Part shown: one piece after another, positions 12,483 through 25,804 of the stretch | Position numbering within the stretch: the stretch's first letter is position 1 | Layout of the letters: each line of letters starts with the position of its first letter | Assembly: GCF_021917145.1 (NCBI RefSeq) | Contig: NC_061076.1 | Location: forward strand, 13,032,768 to 13,096,767 | Reading direction: 5' to 3' | DNA length: 64,000 nucleotides | Source of the DNA: Hypomesus transpacificus | Lineage: Eukaryota | Made by a program: the position numbers and the translations under genes | Notes under the pieces: model-generated | Database searches by the model: none | Told to the model about the DNA's origin: nothing | The model's input: the letters and a program-made list of their open reading frames with translations, nothing else

Positions 12483-12754
12483 ACTTGACCAGCAGACCCC
12501 GTAGCCCTCCTCAGCTTCCTCCTCCACCCCTGCCTCCCGGTCGGCCCCCACCCCCCACACCACCTCAGGAGCGAGGGAGTGACACAGAGCTAGGAGCTGG
12601 TGGAGCAGGTGTGACAACAACAGCAGTAGGAGGTGCAGGAGTAGAGGACTGGGAAGAGAGAGAGTCATCCCTCCGCCAACTGGAAGGTGTGGAGAGTGAA
12701 GAGAGGGAAGGTGGGAGGGCAAGAGCCATTGATAACCAGTACTCTTTCTTCTGA
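12483..12754 (+). CDS. sh2b1: SH2B1 terminal coding exon, with two alternative C-termini depending on inclusion of the 91-nt exon
   Basis: The acceptor is ctccctgcag, ending at 12482. If the 91-nt exon is skipped, the frame runs ...PPQLPPPPLPPGRPPPP...EEREGGRARAIDNQYSFF* with the stop at 12752-12754; this matches the SH2B1 and APS C-terminal RAI(N/E)NQYSF(V/Y) motif. If the 91-nt exon is included, the frame gives VLDQQTP* with the stop at 12502-12504. Confidence 0.78.
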
Positions 12755-15412
12755 AAAAGGAGAAAAGGAGAGAAAGCGATGGGGGTGAGATGTGATTTGC
12801 AAAAGGGAGGGTGAAGGAAATGGAGGTCATAGCCATTCATAGGCATAGATCATAGCCATTCATAACCAATATTTGTGTTTTGTTGAGAAGAGGGAAATGA
12901 GGTACTAATACTATTAAAGGCAGGTTAGGCAATGTTGTTGAGAAGCACTTTTTGTCATATTTGCTAAAATAAACTCATCAACTCAACATACCAATAGATC
13001 TAAAGGTTTGACAGTAAAATTAAATCAATCCGATATCTGTGGGCGTCGCAGGACTGTAATAAACATGACCAATCATTAAGGTCTGACCGGCACTAATTAT
13101 TGGACGGCATTGGTACATGTGTTTTGGAGAAGTGGCTTTGAAAGAAGGGATGGGACATTTTAGTTTGAATCCTTCCAAGCTCGAGCTAAAATGACTAGGT
13201 TCGCGAAACCTGCCTATCCTTTCTTTAAAACAAGCATTCTGGGAGATACAGAAAGCTGGAGAGCAGGCGTGAGAAAAAGAGAGGGAGAGCGGAGCGAGGG
13301 GGCACCTTAGAACACTAAAAAAGGTACACTAATCTTAAGCGAGAGACGCTTCTTGTCGGTACATTTCATGGTACGCTCTTTTGTAGACTTTTAAATACAT
13401 TTACGGATGATGGTAGACGGGGCTAGGCCTAAGCCAGCAGTGCATTACCTCATCTCAGTTGTGCAGAGACTGACAGTTTATTGGCCAAGAGCAGATTTCA
13501 AGTAGTGGCCAACCATATACTTTCAGAGTGGCAAAGACTAGACTAGAACAGGCAGGAAATATATACCTCAATCACACTTGTGTCAATCTTTTTCTGTCTC
13601 TTTCTCTCTCTCCACTTTCTGTTTTTCTTATATGGTTGAAAAAAGGTTGGATGGAGAGCCTATGTGTTTGAGAGAGAAAAATAGTTTATTACTGATGATG
13701 ATATTGTTATGAATAAGAATGATTATGGAAATAGTAATGGTGGTCAAAATAATAGTATTTTTTTTTTATATATATACTTTTTATTTTTATGTTTACTCCA
13801 TGTATGCCTAACACTTGATCCCCTCCCATCCATGTTATTCAGTTTAAATTTCTTTGTGCCTTTTTTATAAAGCTAAAGCCTCACTCTCAAATCTATCCTT
13901 GACCTCATGCTGTCTTTTTATCCTGGACATTTCATTTTAAAAGTGCAGAAAAAGAAGAAAAAATTATCTTAAACGTAAAAATACCCTTTTCTATTTGTGC
14001 CTTTCTGTGTCTGTCATTACCTCCTGTCAAATTCCTTCTACCTGTGCCTCGGTTTGTCGCCACAGTTGTCTTTTGTCATGTTTGCCATTCAGTCCAGTGC
14101 CTGTCCTTCTTCTGTGCATCCGCCCTTCTTAATGTCTCCCCACTCCTCCTTGCTCAGAGCCATGCATTTCACTTTTACGCACCTTTCCCTAGAAATACAT
14201 GTTGGTCCATTTCTTATTTTTGAACTATCTTTGTGTGCCTTTCTCTGTCTCTTTCTCTCGTTGCTGGGACCGTGTGTTCAGGGTGGGCAGTGTTGTCCAC
14301 CCTGTGTGGTTAGTTTCAGGTACTACATTGAATTTAATGATGATAATGATATAATATAATATACTGAAACACGTTGGACTCCTGTGCACTTTCTTTCATT
14401 GTGATACTGTTGAAATTGTTTCTGCATGCACCGGGGATGCAAAAAATTATGAAAATTATTAGTCAAAAACGAACATCATGATTAATGCATTTATGCACAT
14501 TTGATTTTGCGATTTGCCTTTTTCTTCAGGAGCTAACCGTTTTTTACACGTTGCCATAATCTTGCAAAGTAGCACATATAATATCATTTTGTATAGCCTA
14601 TCGATCATATTACAATACAAAGGATGAATATTCAAAATGGGCCAGATGAACGAGAGGGAAAGACGCATCTAATTGCTGTAGGCATGGGAATGATGTGAAC
14701 AACACCTCTGTCAAAAAAAAGTAAAAACAAGACACAGATAAGGACTCTTTATTAGGGGTGTAACAATAAATTGTGGTACGATACATTGCGGTGCAGAAAT
14801 GTAGCAATATGTTGTTCACGGATGTATATAGCAAGGGATAGGATGTAGCAATATGTTGTTGCACGGATCCACCTTACGATACAACGCAAGTATTCCTGCT
14901 GAAGACGTCTCCAAGAAGCACTGAACTAAAGAGGCTGCCATAACTAACAAGGGCCAAACCCACTAACACTACCACTCCAGCAATCCCTACTGCACTGAAC
15001 ACAGCTGTGTGCCCTCCACTCGCGGCCACAATCCCAACCTTGGAACACAGTTTCTGTTGTAACAGTGGTTTTGGAAATAGATCCTGGACGAGCCCCCATT
15101 TGTTACGAATCCCTGGAGGGCAGTAGCGGACTGGCCATCGGGAGCACCGGGAGAATTCCCGATGGGCCGGAGGGCCGCTTGCCTTATAATTTTTTTTACT
15201 ACTAATAAAAATTTCAGCAACACGGTTGGCCGGCCCCCCTTTTCCCCAGGACGGTTGGTCTAGACTATTCCAAATGAACGTCTATGCAGCCCTTAGTGCC
15301 GCTTATACAGCGACACTGACAGATCGAAAGCTAGCTAGTAGAGACAATATAAAGATGGAAAACCAGGCTAAGAAACCTAAACGTAATTACCTTATGCGAC
15401 AAACGCTTTAGT

Positions 15413-16260
15413 ATGGCTTCAAAATGTACAGTGCCCTCCACAATTATTGGCACCCCTTTAAGATGTGGTCGTGGATTTCTAAAAATTCTCCTTAAAAAAA
15501 CACACTACATAGAACCCAAATGCAAAAAAAGAGAAAAATCCAACCTTTCATTTAAGTACATTATTGGTGGTAAAAAAATAATCACACATTTAGAAAGAAA
15601 AAAAAACTTGAAATCATGTGTCCCACAATTATTGGCACCCCTGATGTTAATACTTTGTACAACCCCCTTTTGCCAAGAAGACAGCACTTAATCTCCTCCT
15701 AAAACATTTCACAATATTGGAGAACACAGAGAGAGGGCTCTTTGACCATTCTTCTTTGCACAATCTTTCTAGATCATCCAGTGTCCTGGGACCTCTCTTA
15801 TACACTCTCTACTTTAGCTCGCCCAACAGGTTTTCGATTGGGTTGAGGTCTGGGGACTGAGATGGCCATGGGAGGACCTTGAGTTTGTTACTGCTGAACC
15901 ATTTTTGTGTAGATTTTACCACGTTTTGGATCATTATCCTGCTGAAAGACCCAATGACAACCCATCTTCAGCTTTCTGGCAGAGGCCATCAGGTTTTTAT
16001 TTAAAATGTCCTGGTAGTTCAAAGCGTTTAAAAATGCCATGCACAGGTACTTTGATGCAATTCTGTGACAGTGAGCTTAGGACCTTTTTATTCTTCTCTT
16101 ACCATCCTCCTCATTGTGCGTTGTGGCAAGATAAACTTGGGACCTTTTCCAGGCATGTTTGTCACTGTTCCAGTTGTTTTTAACTTCTGAATGATTCCTC
16201 TGACTGTAGTACGGGCAAGTTAAGGCGAGTGGCTATTTTCTTGTAGCCATTGCCTGACTT
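15413..16260 (-). mobile_element. Tc1-like DNA transposon (3' part), truncated by a LINE insertion at 16261
   Basis: The terminal sequence is TACAGTGCCCTCCACAATTATTGGCACCCC, with an internal repeat of the same motif at about 15620. The minus strand encodes ...PWPSQSPDLNPIEN... (the reverse complement of 15830-15870), which is the Tc1 transposase C-terminus. Confidence 0.8.
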
Positions 16261-16990
16261 ATGAAGGTCGACACACATCTGCCTTACTTGAATGGTATGT
16301 TCTGCTGTATACCAACACGCACCAGGTTGAGCTTCAACAACGACAAGCCCTGGTTCTCAGCAGAGCTCAGAAGGTTGAGGTCAGAGAAGGAGGAAGCTTT
16401 AAGGAGTGGGGATAGAAACAGATTCAAGGAGTCGAAGAACAGGTTTAGCAAGGCGGTGAGAGATGCTAAACGACTGTACTCTGAGAAACTGAAGCGTCAG
16501 TTCTCTGCTAACGACTCTGCTTCTGTCTGGAGAGGGCTCAGGCAGATCACCAACTACAAGCCCAGAGCCCCCCACTCCACCAACGACTCCCGTCTGGCCA
16601 ATAACCTGAACAAGTTCTACAGCAGATTTGAAAGACAGTTGGACAGTCCTGAACTACCCCTTCCCATCCATGAGGCCTCACCCCTCCCCCCCTCTACAGT
16701 GACGACTCTCTCCATTCAAGAGGGTGAAGTTAACATACTTTTCGAGAGGCAGAACCCCCGCAAAGCAGCTGGGCCGGACTCTGCCTCTCCTGCCACCATC
16801 AAGCACTGCGCTGACCAGCTGTCTCCTGTGTTTACCAACATCTTTAACACCTCCCTGGAGACATGCCATGTGCCAGCCTGTCTCAAGTCCTTCACCATCA
16901 TCCCTGTGCCCAAAAAGCCAAGGCCAACAGGACTTAATGACTACAGACCCGTCGCCCTGACCTCTGTGGAAGCTAACTTAAGCTAGGTAC
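16261..16990 (+). mobile_element. Non-LTR retrotransposon internal fragment (region between endonuclease and RT; same family as 48900-51790)
   Basis: The ORF reads ...FSANDSASVWRGLRQITNYK...FERQNPRKAAGPDSASPATIKHCADQLSPVFTNIFNTSLETCHVPACLKSFTIIPVPKKPRPTGLNDYRPVALTS. This is the diagnostic teleost LINE ORF2 linker/RT N-terminus. Confidence 0.8.
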
Positions 16991-17545
16991 CGTTTCGGAA
17001 AAATAACTTGTGTTGTGGGGACCGTTGGAAATATTTAGAACTCACGCAGCTAAATGTTGAAGTTCTGTCTTCTAATGTCATGTAAAACATCATTTTTGTT
17101 GTTCAGTGACACACAAATTAACACACAAACATAGGTACTTAACATCCAGAAGTTGAAATAAAATCCTGAAATATTGCACATTCTTAAAGTTGTTAAATAT
17201 CAGAATTTTGGGGGGGTGGGGGGTTCAAAATATCTAGATACTTATCAGGCCGGGGTTTTCAGGCACAGACGCGGACAGCAGGTCAGGTGTAACAAAAATT
17301 GTTTATTCCAATTAACAAAGGGGTACTCCACGGTAGGATGGTTTAGTCCAACAAAAGGTAATCCACAAACAAAAGTACAATCCAAAACGAAATAAGCATC
17401 CCCTTCGGAGTAGAGGCACACAACTAATAAATGCACGGAAAGCGTACTTACAACAAACTTCATGACAGAGTGAAGAGGGAAGGACACCCAGTGCTTAAAT
17501 AGGAAGTGTTGACCGCAGGTGGAGCCCAGTGTAGAAGAAGGTTAG

Positions 17546-17660
17546 TGCTAGGTGCTCTAGGGTGAGTGTCGCCCTCTAGAGGGCTGGCGCCCGTGCGCAG
17601 ATGTGATAGGTGCTCTAGGGTGAGTGTCGCCCTCTAGAGGGCTGGCGCCCGTGCGCGGAC
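17546..17660. repeat. Tandem repeat, about 57 bp unit x2
   Basis: GGTGCTCTAGGGTGAGTGTCGCCCTCTAGAGGGCTGGCGCCCGTGCGC... is repeated twice, head to tail. Confidence 0.8.
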
Positions 17661-17669
17661 ATGACAGTA

Positions 17670-18470
17670 CTAGGGCTGTCCCCGACTAAGAACACTTCTG
17701 AAAATTGAAAAATCTAAATTTGAAACTTTTTTCTTTTATAAAGCCCCTTGCACATTTGTGAAATTTTCGTATGTGTTTTTTGTAATAGTCAGCCTCAAAA
17801 TTCGGTGGATCTGAATTGTCAAAAAACTCTCAAAATGCTGGCTATGGATGTGAAAACGCAGAAAATCGAACCCGATCCAAACTTTTTTTTGACGGACGAA
17901 AGTTTCTGAGGCAGTGTGAAAGCGTGATTGACATAACGTGAGGTCGTATTATTTTTTTTTACGTGTGAACATTTCTGACATGAATTTCGGACTCAGTGTA
18001 CAAAGGCCTGAAATATCACAATGTTTTTCATCAAGCCATTTTGTGTGATGTTTTACCTCACTGTTTTAAGAGATAATCTGAAATAAATACATACGTAAGA
18101 AGGGAGATTGACAATAGACAAACATAAATGTATGTACATTTTCCTGATCTGACTCAATGTAGCTGATGGACATTCCAGATTCGGCCACTCTAAAATTTGC
18201 TATTACTAATATTTGTGTCACCAGTTGTTACCAAATGCCGATATAAAAAAAAAAAAGCCTGATTGGTTATTATTTATTATCTCTTACAATGTAGCCTACT
18301 ACAAATTACAAATATTAACATGCAAATCGTCAGGGCGCGCTGATCACTGCCTGAAAAAGTGCAGCATGCGAAATTAGGTAGAAGAGTGGGGAACGGTGCA
18401 ACAGAGAAAGATTTTGTTGTTTTGGCCGGACAAGATAATGTCATTCGATTTGGATGTGATATCTTTAACC
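17670..18470 (-). mobile_element. hAT-like non-autonomous element copy (inverted relative to 9472-10445)
   Basis: The element starts with CTAGGGCTGTCCCCGACTAAG at 17672. The stretch 18280-18460 is the reverse complement of 10020-10200 and 38470-38640. Confidence 0.6.
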
Positions 18471-21400
18471 TAGATTATTCAAATTGTAAACTTCTATTTA
18501 GGGAATAAACCTGCAATCTTGCTTCATGTCTTTGATTATACACACGTAACCAGGACCGCGTTTGTGCAATGGGCAGGAGGGGCTGCTGACCCGGGCCCCG
18601 GCCACTAGGGGGCCCCGGCATGGGAGAAAGATTTTTTTTTTTTACATATACATTTACCCACCCGTAGTGAAGTCCACGTTCTCTTAGCGTCACGTGTCGT
18701 TGCCGGTATCAAAAGGTGCGTTCGACATGACCCGACTTCATGCGGCGCCGCAGGCGGCTGACTTGAAAAAGTGCATTCTGGTTAGACTTTTTGTCCGACT
18801 TGAGACGGTGCCGAGGACACGTCACTGTGACGTCGCCATCAAAGTACCGTGAGATCGATTCGAGAACTGCCGGCTGTGTAGCCGAGCCATATATAACTAG
18901 AGACAGCTACTTCTGTCTTCCAAGATGGCGTCCCCATTCATTTCTATGAAAAGTGCTCAGTGGCGCAGTGAGGCAAGCGAGAGCTCCTAACGGACTGCGC
19001 CATCTTTCCAGACCGACTCGTCCGGTCTTGCGCAGAAGCTTGTTCCTAGCTCCGAAACTCGTGCATGCTCGCAACTAGCTGTATACGTCATACTTTGCGA
19101 CAACCAGTCGCGAGCTTGTGAGCTGGAGCTAAGGCATTGCAGAAAACTGTCAGAATATGGTACAAGTCCGATCAAGAAGCAGATAGCCTACATGTGAACT
19201 TTATGAAAATCAATACTATTAGTACTGTAGTATTATAAGTGCAGGGCCTATACGTTGTTCTTTTTGCTTCGTGTTTATAGTTTAACTGCTTATGTATTGT
19301 GTCGGATAAATTAACTGTAAACCTGAATATCTGGCTCCGTCGTTGTTCTAGCTTTGCAAAGCAAATTAAGCCTATACTTTTGTTACTATTATATTGATGA
19401 TGAGTTGTTTACTATTACTAGCTTATTGTTAATGCCATTGTTGTGGTGTTAACTGACTTAGAGTTCTAACAATATAACGACCATAACAATATTGACGTTA
19501 TCAAACATGATTTATTCATCTTTGTCTTTGCCTCAGAATAACATGTCAACAATATATAATGACGCCGTAACATGCCACCATATTATAACTAATTATATTA
19601 GGCTATAATTACGTTTGTCATGCCATGAGCATAATAGCGTTCATTACAAAATGGTTAAATCTGCTTTAAAATAACTGAAATTAACTCTACAAACAACCAT
19701 TATGTAGGCCTATGTGCAACCATTTGTGAAACGTGCTACAATAAAGGCAGGCAGCTGTATCAAATCCTTTCTCCTAGTTCTCATTCAGCTCAGGAAAATC
19801 CAATAGGGTCCAATTGCAGTGCTCCCTCCTCAGGCCCCTCTAAACCGGAACTCTCTCCTCAGGCCCCTGAAGCCGGAACTCTCTCCTCAGGCCCCTTTTT
19901 TCATGTGTATCCGAGGTATTAGCGCCACCGCTGGTCGGAGGATACTGTAGGCTATTTATATTAATTGGCTAACTTACATTGAACTTCGGTTTTAGCGCAA
20001 GTCATTAGTGTTTAACATAGCGGAAATTAGCATTGCGGCTAGCGTTACGTATTGCTAACATTACGAACATGATCACTGTTCTGCCACTGGCAGCATAGAA
20101 AATAGGTTTGGAAATTTCGCGCCATCTAGTGGTTATTGTATAATATCACATTTTTTCCGTTGGTCATTTGCAGCAGCTACAGCTGGCTCGTGTTATTGTT
20201 TATTGTTTCCAGGGCAACAAGAGCCGGCTCTGAAATAATTCATTTTTTAACGTTGATAATACAAACAACACTACTCTCTTAATCTGAAATCAATATCTAT
20301 CCTTGTATTTATGTTAAATGTTGCTTCATCAAGTACAACCTCAATCAAGATGTGTAATAATAGTACTACACGTATATTCCATATTCCAATAACGTAGGAT
20401 TTCGGCACAGTGTTCATGGGAAACTTAGGCTACTGCAGGGGGATAAATTATCAATAACCATGCCGAGAAAATAGCCTTATGTATCGTTCATGAAATGCCT
20501 CATGTATCACCGGCCAAACTGGCTAGCGAGTTTTTATTATGAAAATGAAATTTAGCCCGCATTTGGCGGGTCGGCGGGTGTTAATTTAGAACCATGTACG
20601 TAACGCTAGCCGCAATGCTAGCTAATTTCCGCTATGTTAAACACTATTGACTTATGCTAAAAAGGCGCTAATACCTCGAATACACATGAAAAAAGGGGCC
20701 TGAGGAGAGAGTTCCGGCTTCAGGGGCCTGAGGAGAGAGTTCCGGTTAAGAGGGGCCTGAGGAGGGAGCACTGCATTTGGACCCTTCTCGGAAAATCAGC
20801 GATTTGTTGATGCTCCCTTTTGTGCTCGTTCATTGTTCGTATCCGCAAGCACGTTTCCAGGCAACTTTTCTTGACGTAAGCAAATAAATGGGCTGCTAGT
20901 TTACCCATTTCGGATTGGTATCAATCTTAGCCAAAATCAGGAAAAATTATTCTATGAAAAAGCTTGTAGTATGAGCCAGGTTCGAGAATCGAACAAAAAT
21001 TATTGGGGGAGATAGTTTTAGATATGCTGACTGGAGTTAATAGAATAAAAACGACCGGACAAGTCGGGTAGAAAATCGGAAATGCAATACCACCTACATC
21101 CACCGGGGCTGTTGCCTAAAGCCGAGAGTCGAGGGGTGGGGGCTTGAGCCGAGCGCATTTTCTCAAGAGCAACTGCACGGGTTCAAGTGACGACACAGCT
21201 ATTTCATGATTGGCCAGACTCACACACGACAACTTTGACGCGTGTTTTGTAATATTCAGACGCCTTCAGTTTCGCCAAAGCTCAAATCCGGACCAAACAG
21301 TTGAATTGAATAAAAAATTATTGGAAGAAAGGGTTTTACTCCGCCTCTTCACTAACGGAAAGATTACGTTTCATAATAAATAGAGTAAAGTAAGCAAACA

Positions 21401-22269
21401 GCGCTTAATCGGCCATGACTGACGTCAACGCAGCAAAGCACGAAGAGCTGAAATGTTTTCAAGTCCTCCCCGACTGCAAGCGGCCACTCTCACCGGTCGT
21501 TTCATGCAGCCGCAGTCCATGTCGAACGCACCTAATGGCTTCCCATGAAGGTCATGTCGAACGAGTTTGACCTGCTTCGCCAAATTGACTTCAACGATTT
21601 GATTCGTGACTTTGCCTTCAAAAAATGTAGACGAGTGGACTTAAACTAGTCCCACACTGATTATGTAGCCTATGTTCTTTTCAGTATGAGGTCACAGCCT
21701 GATAATTAAATTGTTCAATCCAGTTGTTTGTAAATATGTGTTCGCTGGGCTGTGTGCAGGGTCGGACTGGGACTGAAAAACAGCCCGGGACTTTGAAACA
21801 CAGACCGGCCCGCCCCTAACCCCCCCCCCCCCCCCCCCCCCCCCCCTCCACTTTCTCCCTCACTTTCCTTTTCCATACTTGTTTCTGCATCTGCTATTTG
21901 ATGTTGCAAAAGAACAATAATCAGTTAACTATATTCAATAATGACAATCAATTCAACAAACTAATTTCCATATAATAACCCTGTTAACAGACTGACTCTT
22001 GTGTACAGTTTTAGTTTTGAACCTGTCATAGTCTTACCACTGGACCCTGTCACCACAGCAGCCTCCATCTCTTTCCCTGTGTCAAAATCAAGACAATTGC
22101 ATTTGAGCCACAGCACATGTATTATTTGAAGCAAAAAAACATGTGCATATTTAGATGAGTGCCTATTTCTTTTGGCCATTTCTATTACTTCATTAAAAAT
22201 GTATAGCCTATATATTGGCTAACAGTAATATCAAATGTATAATGATGTACGAAAAATTAAAACAGACCA

Positions 22270-22560
22270 TCACAGATGCCATTTCAAAAAAGGTACAGCA
22301 ACGTCTCTATTTCCTGAGAAAAATGGTAGGTAGTGTAGTGGTATGGTTTGGGAATCTGAATCTGGCTAATAAGAACAGGCTTGATTGGCTTGTCAGAGTG
22401 GCCGGTAAAGTCATTGGGGTAAACCAAGTCCAGCTCTCTGAGCTTTATGTTAGGCAGGTCGCAAGGAAGATGCAGGCCATATTGGCTTGTACTGACCATC
22501 CCCTGAAGGGGACGTTTGAGCTCTTGCCTTCGAGGAAGAAGAAGAAGGTATAGAGCTCCC
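22270..22560 (+). mobile_element. LINE 3'-end fragment (same family as 48900-51790)
   Basis: The fragment reads ...QQRLYFLRKM...VIGVNQVQLSELYVRQVARKMQAILACTDHPLKGTFELLPSRKKKK, the C-terminal region of the teleost LINE ORF2. A second fragment at 23780-23940 reads RRLFFLRRLKKFAMDSVILTNFYRCTIMSILTGCISVWYG. Confidence 0.7.
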
Positions 22561-24959
22561 ACACACAGAACAAAACGATTTGGGGACTCTTTTGTTAGTT
22601 TTGCTATTGGGAAGCTAAATATGCATAAATGAATGGCATTCATGGACGGAACTATGAACTTATTCTGGGTTTTCAACATTAAGTGATTCTTGTACTGTAT
22701 TATACTGTATTGTGTGTTGTCGGGTATGCTGTTTATGTAGTATTTTATGATGGATTGTATGTATTTTGGTTCCTGTCTACAAACAAATGTCCCCTAATGG
22801 AATCAATAAAATTGACTTGATTAACTAGGAAGAGAGATCATATTTCTTCCATTATTAGCTTCTCTCAACTGCCTCCCTGTAAATACAGAATCAAATTCAA
22901 AATCCTTCATCTCACCTACAACCATAATGGTCGAACTCCATCATAACTTGCTTATAAGCTTATAAGGCTGGATGTCCCCCTGTCCCCATCTCTCACTGTA
23001 AAATCTATAGTTGCTGGACGTAGTCTCTGCTTGATGGGTCTCACACCTCATTGTGTAACTTAGTGTCACATTGCTAAGTCATGTGTTGATAAGTAAGGGT
23101 CAAAATGTGGTGTGATTGGTTGTTCTTGTGCATAAAGGGAATTGTGAAGCATTGTTCTGTGTATTCTTCATCTCCTGAGACCTTCTCCTCAGTCTGGCTT
23201 GTCTTACTCCTTCTTCCTCACCTCTTACTCTCTCTGGTTTACAATAATCAAGGTAGAGTAGGTAAGATTTAAAACTGTCGCTTTGTAACATGTTTACCTT
23301 GTAATTGATTTCATTCATTTGCAATGTTCTTAAATGTATAACTAATTTCACCTTGCTTTGACCATTCTTGCACAGATTTAACCCATTGTCAAATAACTAC
23401 AATTTCCATTGGTATTGACATAATTTGGTTAATGTTAACACACTATTCAGTTTCCCCTCTTCCATTAAACCATAGGGGAAGTTTTTGCTGTTTGGCAAAT
23501 ATTAAACACCCTACAAACGCATAGTACTTTATTACCCGACTGGAACGCTGCACTCCCAGAATATTTGATATATTATAAAAATTGTTAAAAATGCAGTTGT
23601 CTGGACAGATAATATTGTTTAAAGTGTGAAAACTGTGTGAAATCTTATTAATAGAGGATGATTATCCTTAAATAACCATACAGATTTTTTTTTATAAACA
23701 ACTGTAGTTCTTATCCTCAATATAGTATGATCAGTTCAGGTGTGTGAATCAAGATTAATATGAATTTAATCTGGATATTATGACTACAAATGTGTGTCCC
23801 GGAGACGCCTATTCTTCCTGAGGAGACTGAAGAAGTTTGCGATGGACTCAGTCATCCTCACTAACTTTTACAGATGCACTATAATGAGCATACTGACTGG
23901 TTGCATCAGTGTGGTATGGCCTATATAGTGTAGTCCATTCTTCTGAGTTGCTCAACCTTCTATCAGACACCTGCACTTTATAGATCTATAATAAATACGT
24001 TGATTTTGTCTTGAACTTGTAATTGGTGATTCACTTCATTGACTTGGTACTTTCACAGCAATTGGGTACTATCTAATATGTCTTCAGTCTTAACCCTGTA
24101 AGTTTGTCTGCATTTGTGAATTTAATGGTATAGAATAATGTGTTAAAGCTTTATATTATGAGCAATATCAATAGGCTAGTGTCCAACTTTTGTATCAGGT
24201 TATAACAGTCTGCTGGTTTTGTTAGTGTTGGTGCACACACAAAAATTTAAACCTTTACTGTCGGTTTGAAGTTGTTTAATTTGCTATCTTGCACTTCTAC
24301 ACCAGTGCTAAACAGAGACGTGTAGTCAGAAGGCAAAATTATAAATAAAAACTCCCATTAGCAATAGGCTACATTCATTAGTAACTCATTAGCACCACCA
24401 AGTTAGCAAACACATATAAACTCAATACAATTACACTACACTGTTGCCACATGTTTGGAAATAACAAAATACAAGCAATATAACAAATGTAATGAATGCT
24501 AACTTTACAAGCATAAAACAAACTGTATTGTGGTCACGTAAACTTTTCTAGGTTGTGGTTCAGTGCAAGCACGGTTTCTTTGGTAGGCTATAATTGTTAA
24601 ATCCTACTTGAGAAAGGACACTGTTCACAGCTGTCAATAGGAAATTACCATTACCTGAATTACTTGTAGTGATTGGGAGGTTATTCCTGTTCTGATGATG
24701 GCATAAACCCTGTTAAGATTGTTGGCTCTATGTGCAATGTCTGGGTTTCCTCTCCCTCGTTTCTGTTTCTGTGTCTTTGTTTCTGTTGCAGGATGGCAGG
24801 CAGGTAGAGGAGCTGTGATTGCTGCTAGAGCACACCTGTGATCTGTGCCTCGGTCTTTAATAAGCTGTGCCCTAACAAGCTGGGTCTCTCCATTACTAGT
24901 AGGAACATCACTGTTTGCTTTTTAGTTTGTAATGATTCTCTACACACTCTACATTTACA

Positions 24960-25270
24960 TTTATTCATGTAGCAGACGCTTTTATCCAAAGCGACTTCCA
25001 AGAGAGAGCTTTACAAAGTGCATAAGTCACTGATAATAACAACAAGATAGCCCCAAAGCATTGTGGGTAGCCAAAACAAGAAGCACACATTGTGAACAAC
25101 CACAAAATAAGTGCCAAAGGGAAGAACCATAAGAGCATGTAGTTAAACAAGTTACAATTAAACAACATGAATCTCTAAGTGCAAGTGTACCTGTAGAAAA
25201 AAAAGCAAGCAACAGTAAAAAAATAAAATAAAAATAAGATGCTCTACACTTGCACTGATCCCACATCCAC
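24960..25270 (-). repeat. SINE-like repeat with the conserved teleost 3' tail (GTCGCTTTGGATAAAAGCGTCTGCTAAATGAATAAATGTAAATG), shared with the L2-like LINE 3' UTR
   Basis: The sequence matches 33630-33960 and 42640-42900 (same orientation) and 32290-32545 (opposite orientation). Here it has no adjacent LINE body. Confidence 0.7.
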
Positions 25271-25804
25271 TCCCTACACTACTGATTTACATGACCCTGA
25301 CATGCAACCGTTTCTTTGTAAGCACTTTTTATTGAATAAATACAGTGTTATCCTTATTTCACTTCCTGAAGTCCCTAAGTATGCATCTAATCTTCCTGTG
25401 AACCCGGTTATTACATCTTTAAAGCAAGTACTGGTTGGCTACACACCTCATGCTGGTCTTATACAGATGTGTGTATTGGCACTTTGAAAGGTTTGAATTA
25501 TTATTATCCACATATCAATGTATAATTGTTAAATCCACTGCAACAATAGGACAAAGGAACACCAACAAAATGTGAATAGCCTACAAACAATGAGAATACT
25601 ACAGGCTAGAAGCAATTCTAGGTTTTAAAACTGGGGGTGCAAACACATGCTCAAAATTAATACTAGATCTTAAAATGTATAATTAATAATTACAGTACAA
25701 CAAACCATGATAGAATGTACAACTCTATCACTTTAACGTGTTCTAAAAACGTTTCTTTTTTTTTAATTACATTTGAAAATTTAATGTTTTCATCCCAACA
25801 TTAG

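Noticed and set aside
12435-12836. 133-aa and 93-aa minus-strand ORFs overlapping the sh2b1 terminal exon
   Set aside because: They are antisense to a well-supported conserved exon and are low-complexity (L, S and P rich). They have no homology signal and are typical antisense artefacts of GC- or proline-rich coding sequence.
13997-14359. 120-aa + ORF
   Set aside because: The region is low-complexity and pyrimidine-rich, with no homology and no splice or initiation context. It is probably sh2b1 3' flank or UTR.
24965-25266. ORFs of 67-79 aa recurring at 24965, 33642 and 42656 (MLFNCNLFNYMLLWF...)
   Set aside because: They arise from translating the SINE-like or LINE-tail repeat. The same sequence recurs because the repeat recurs, not because a protein is conserved.
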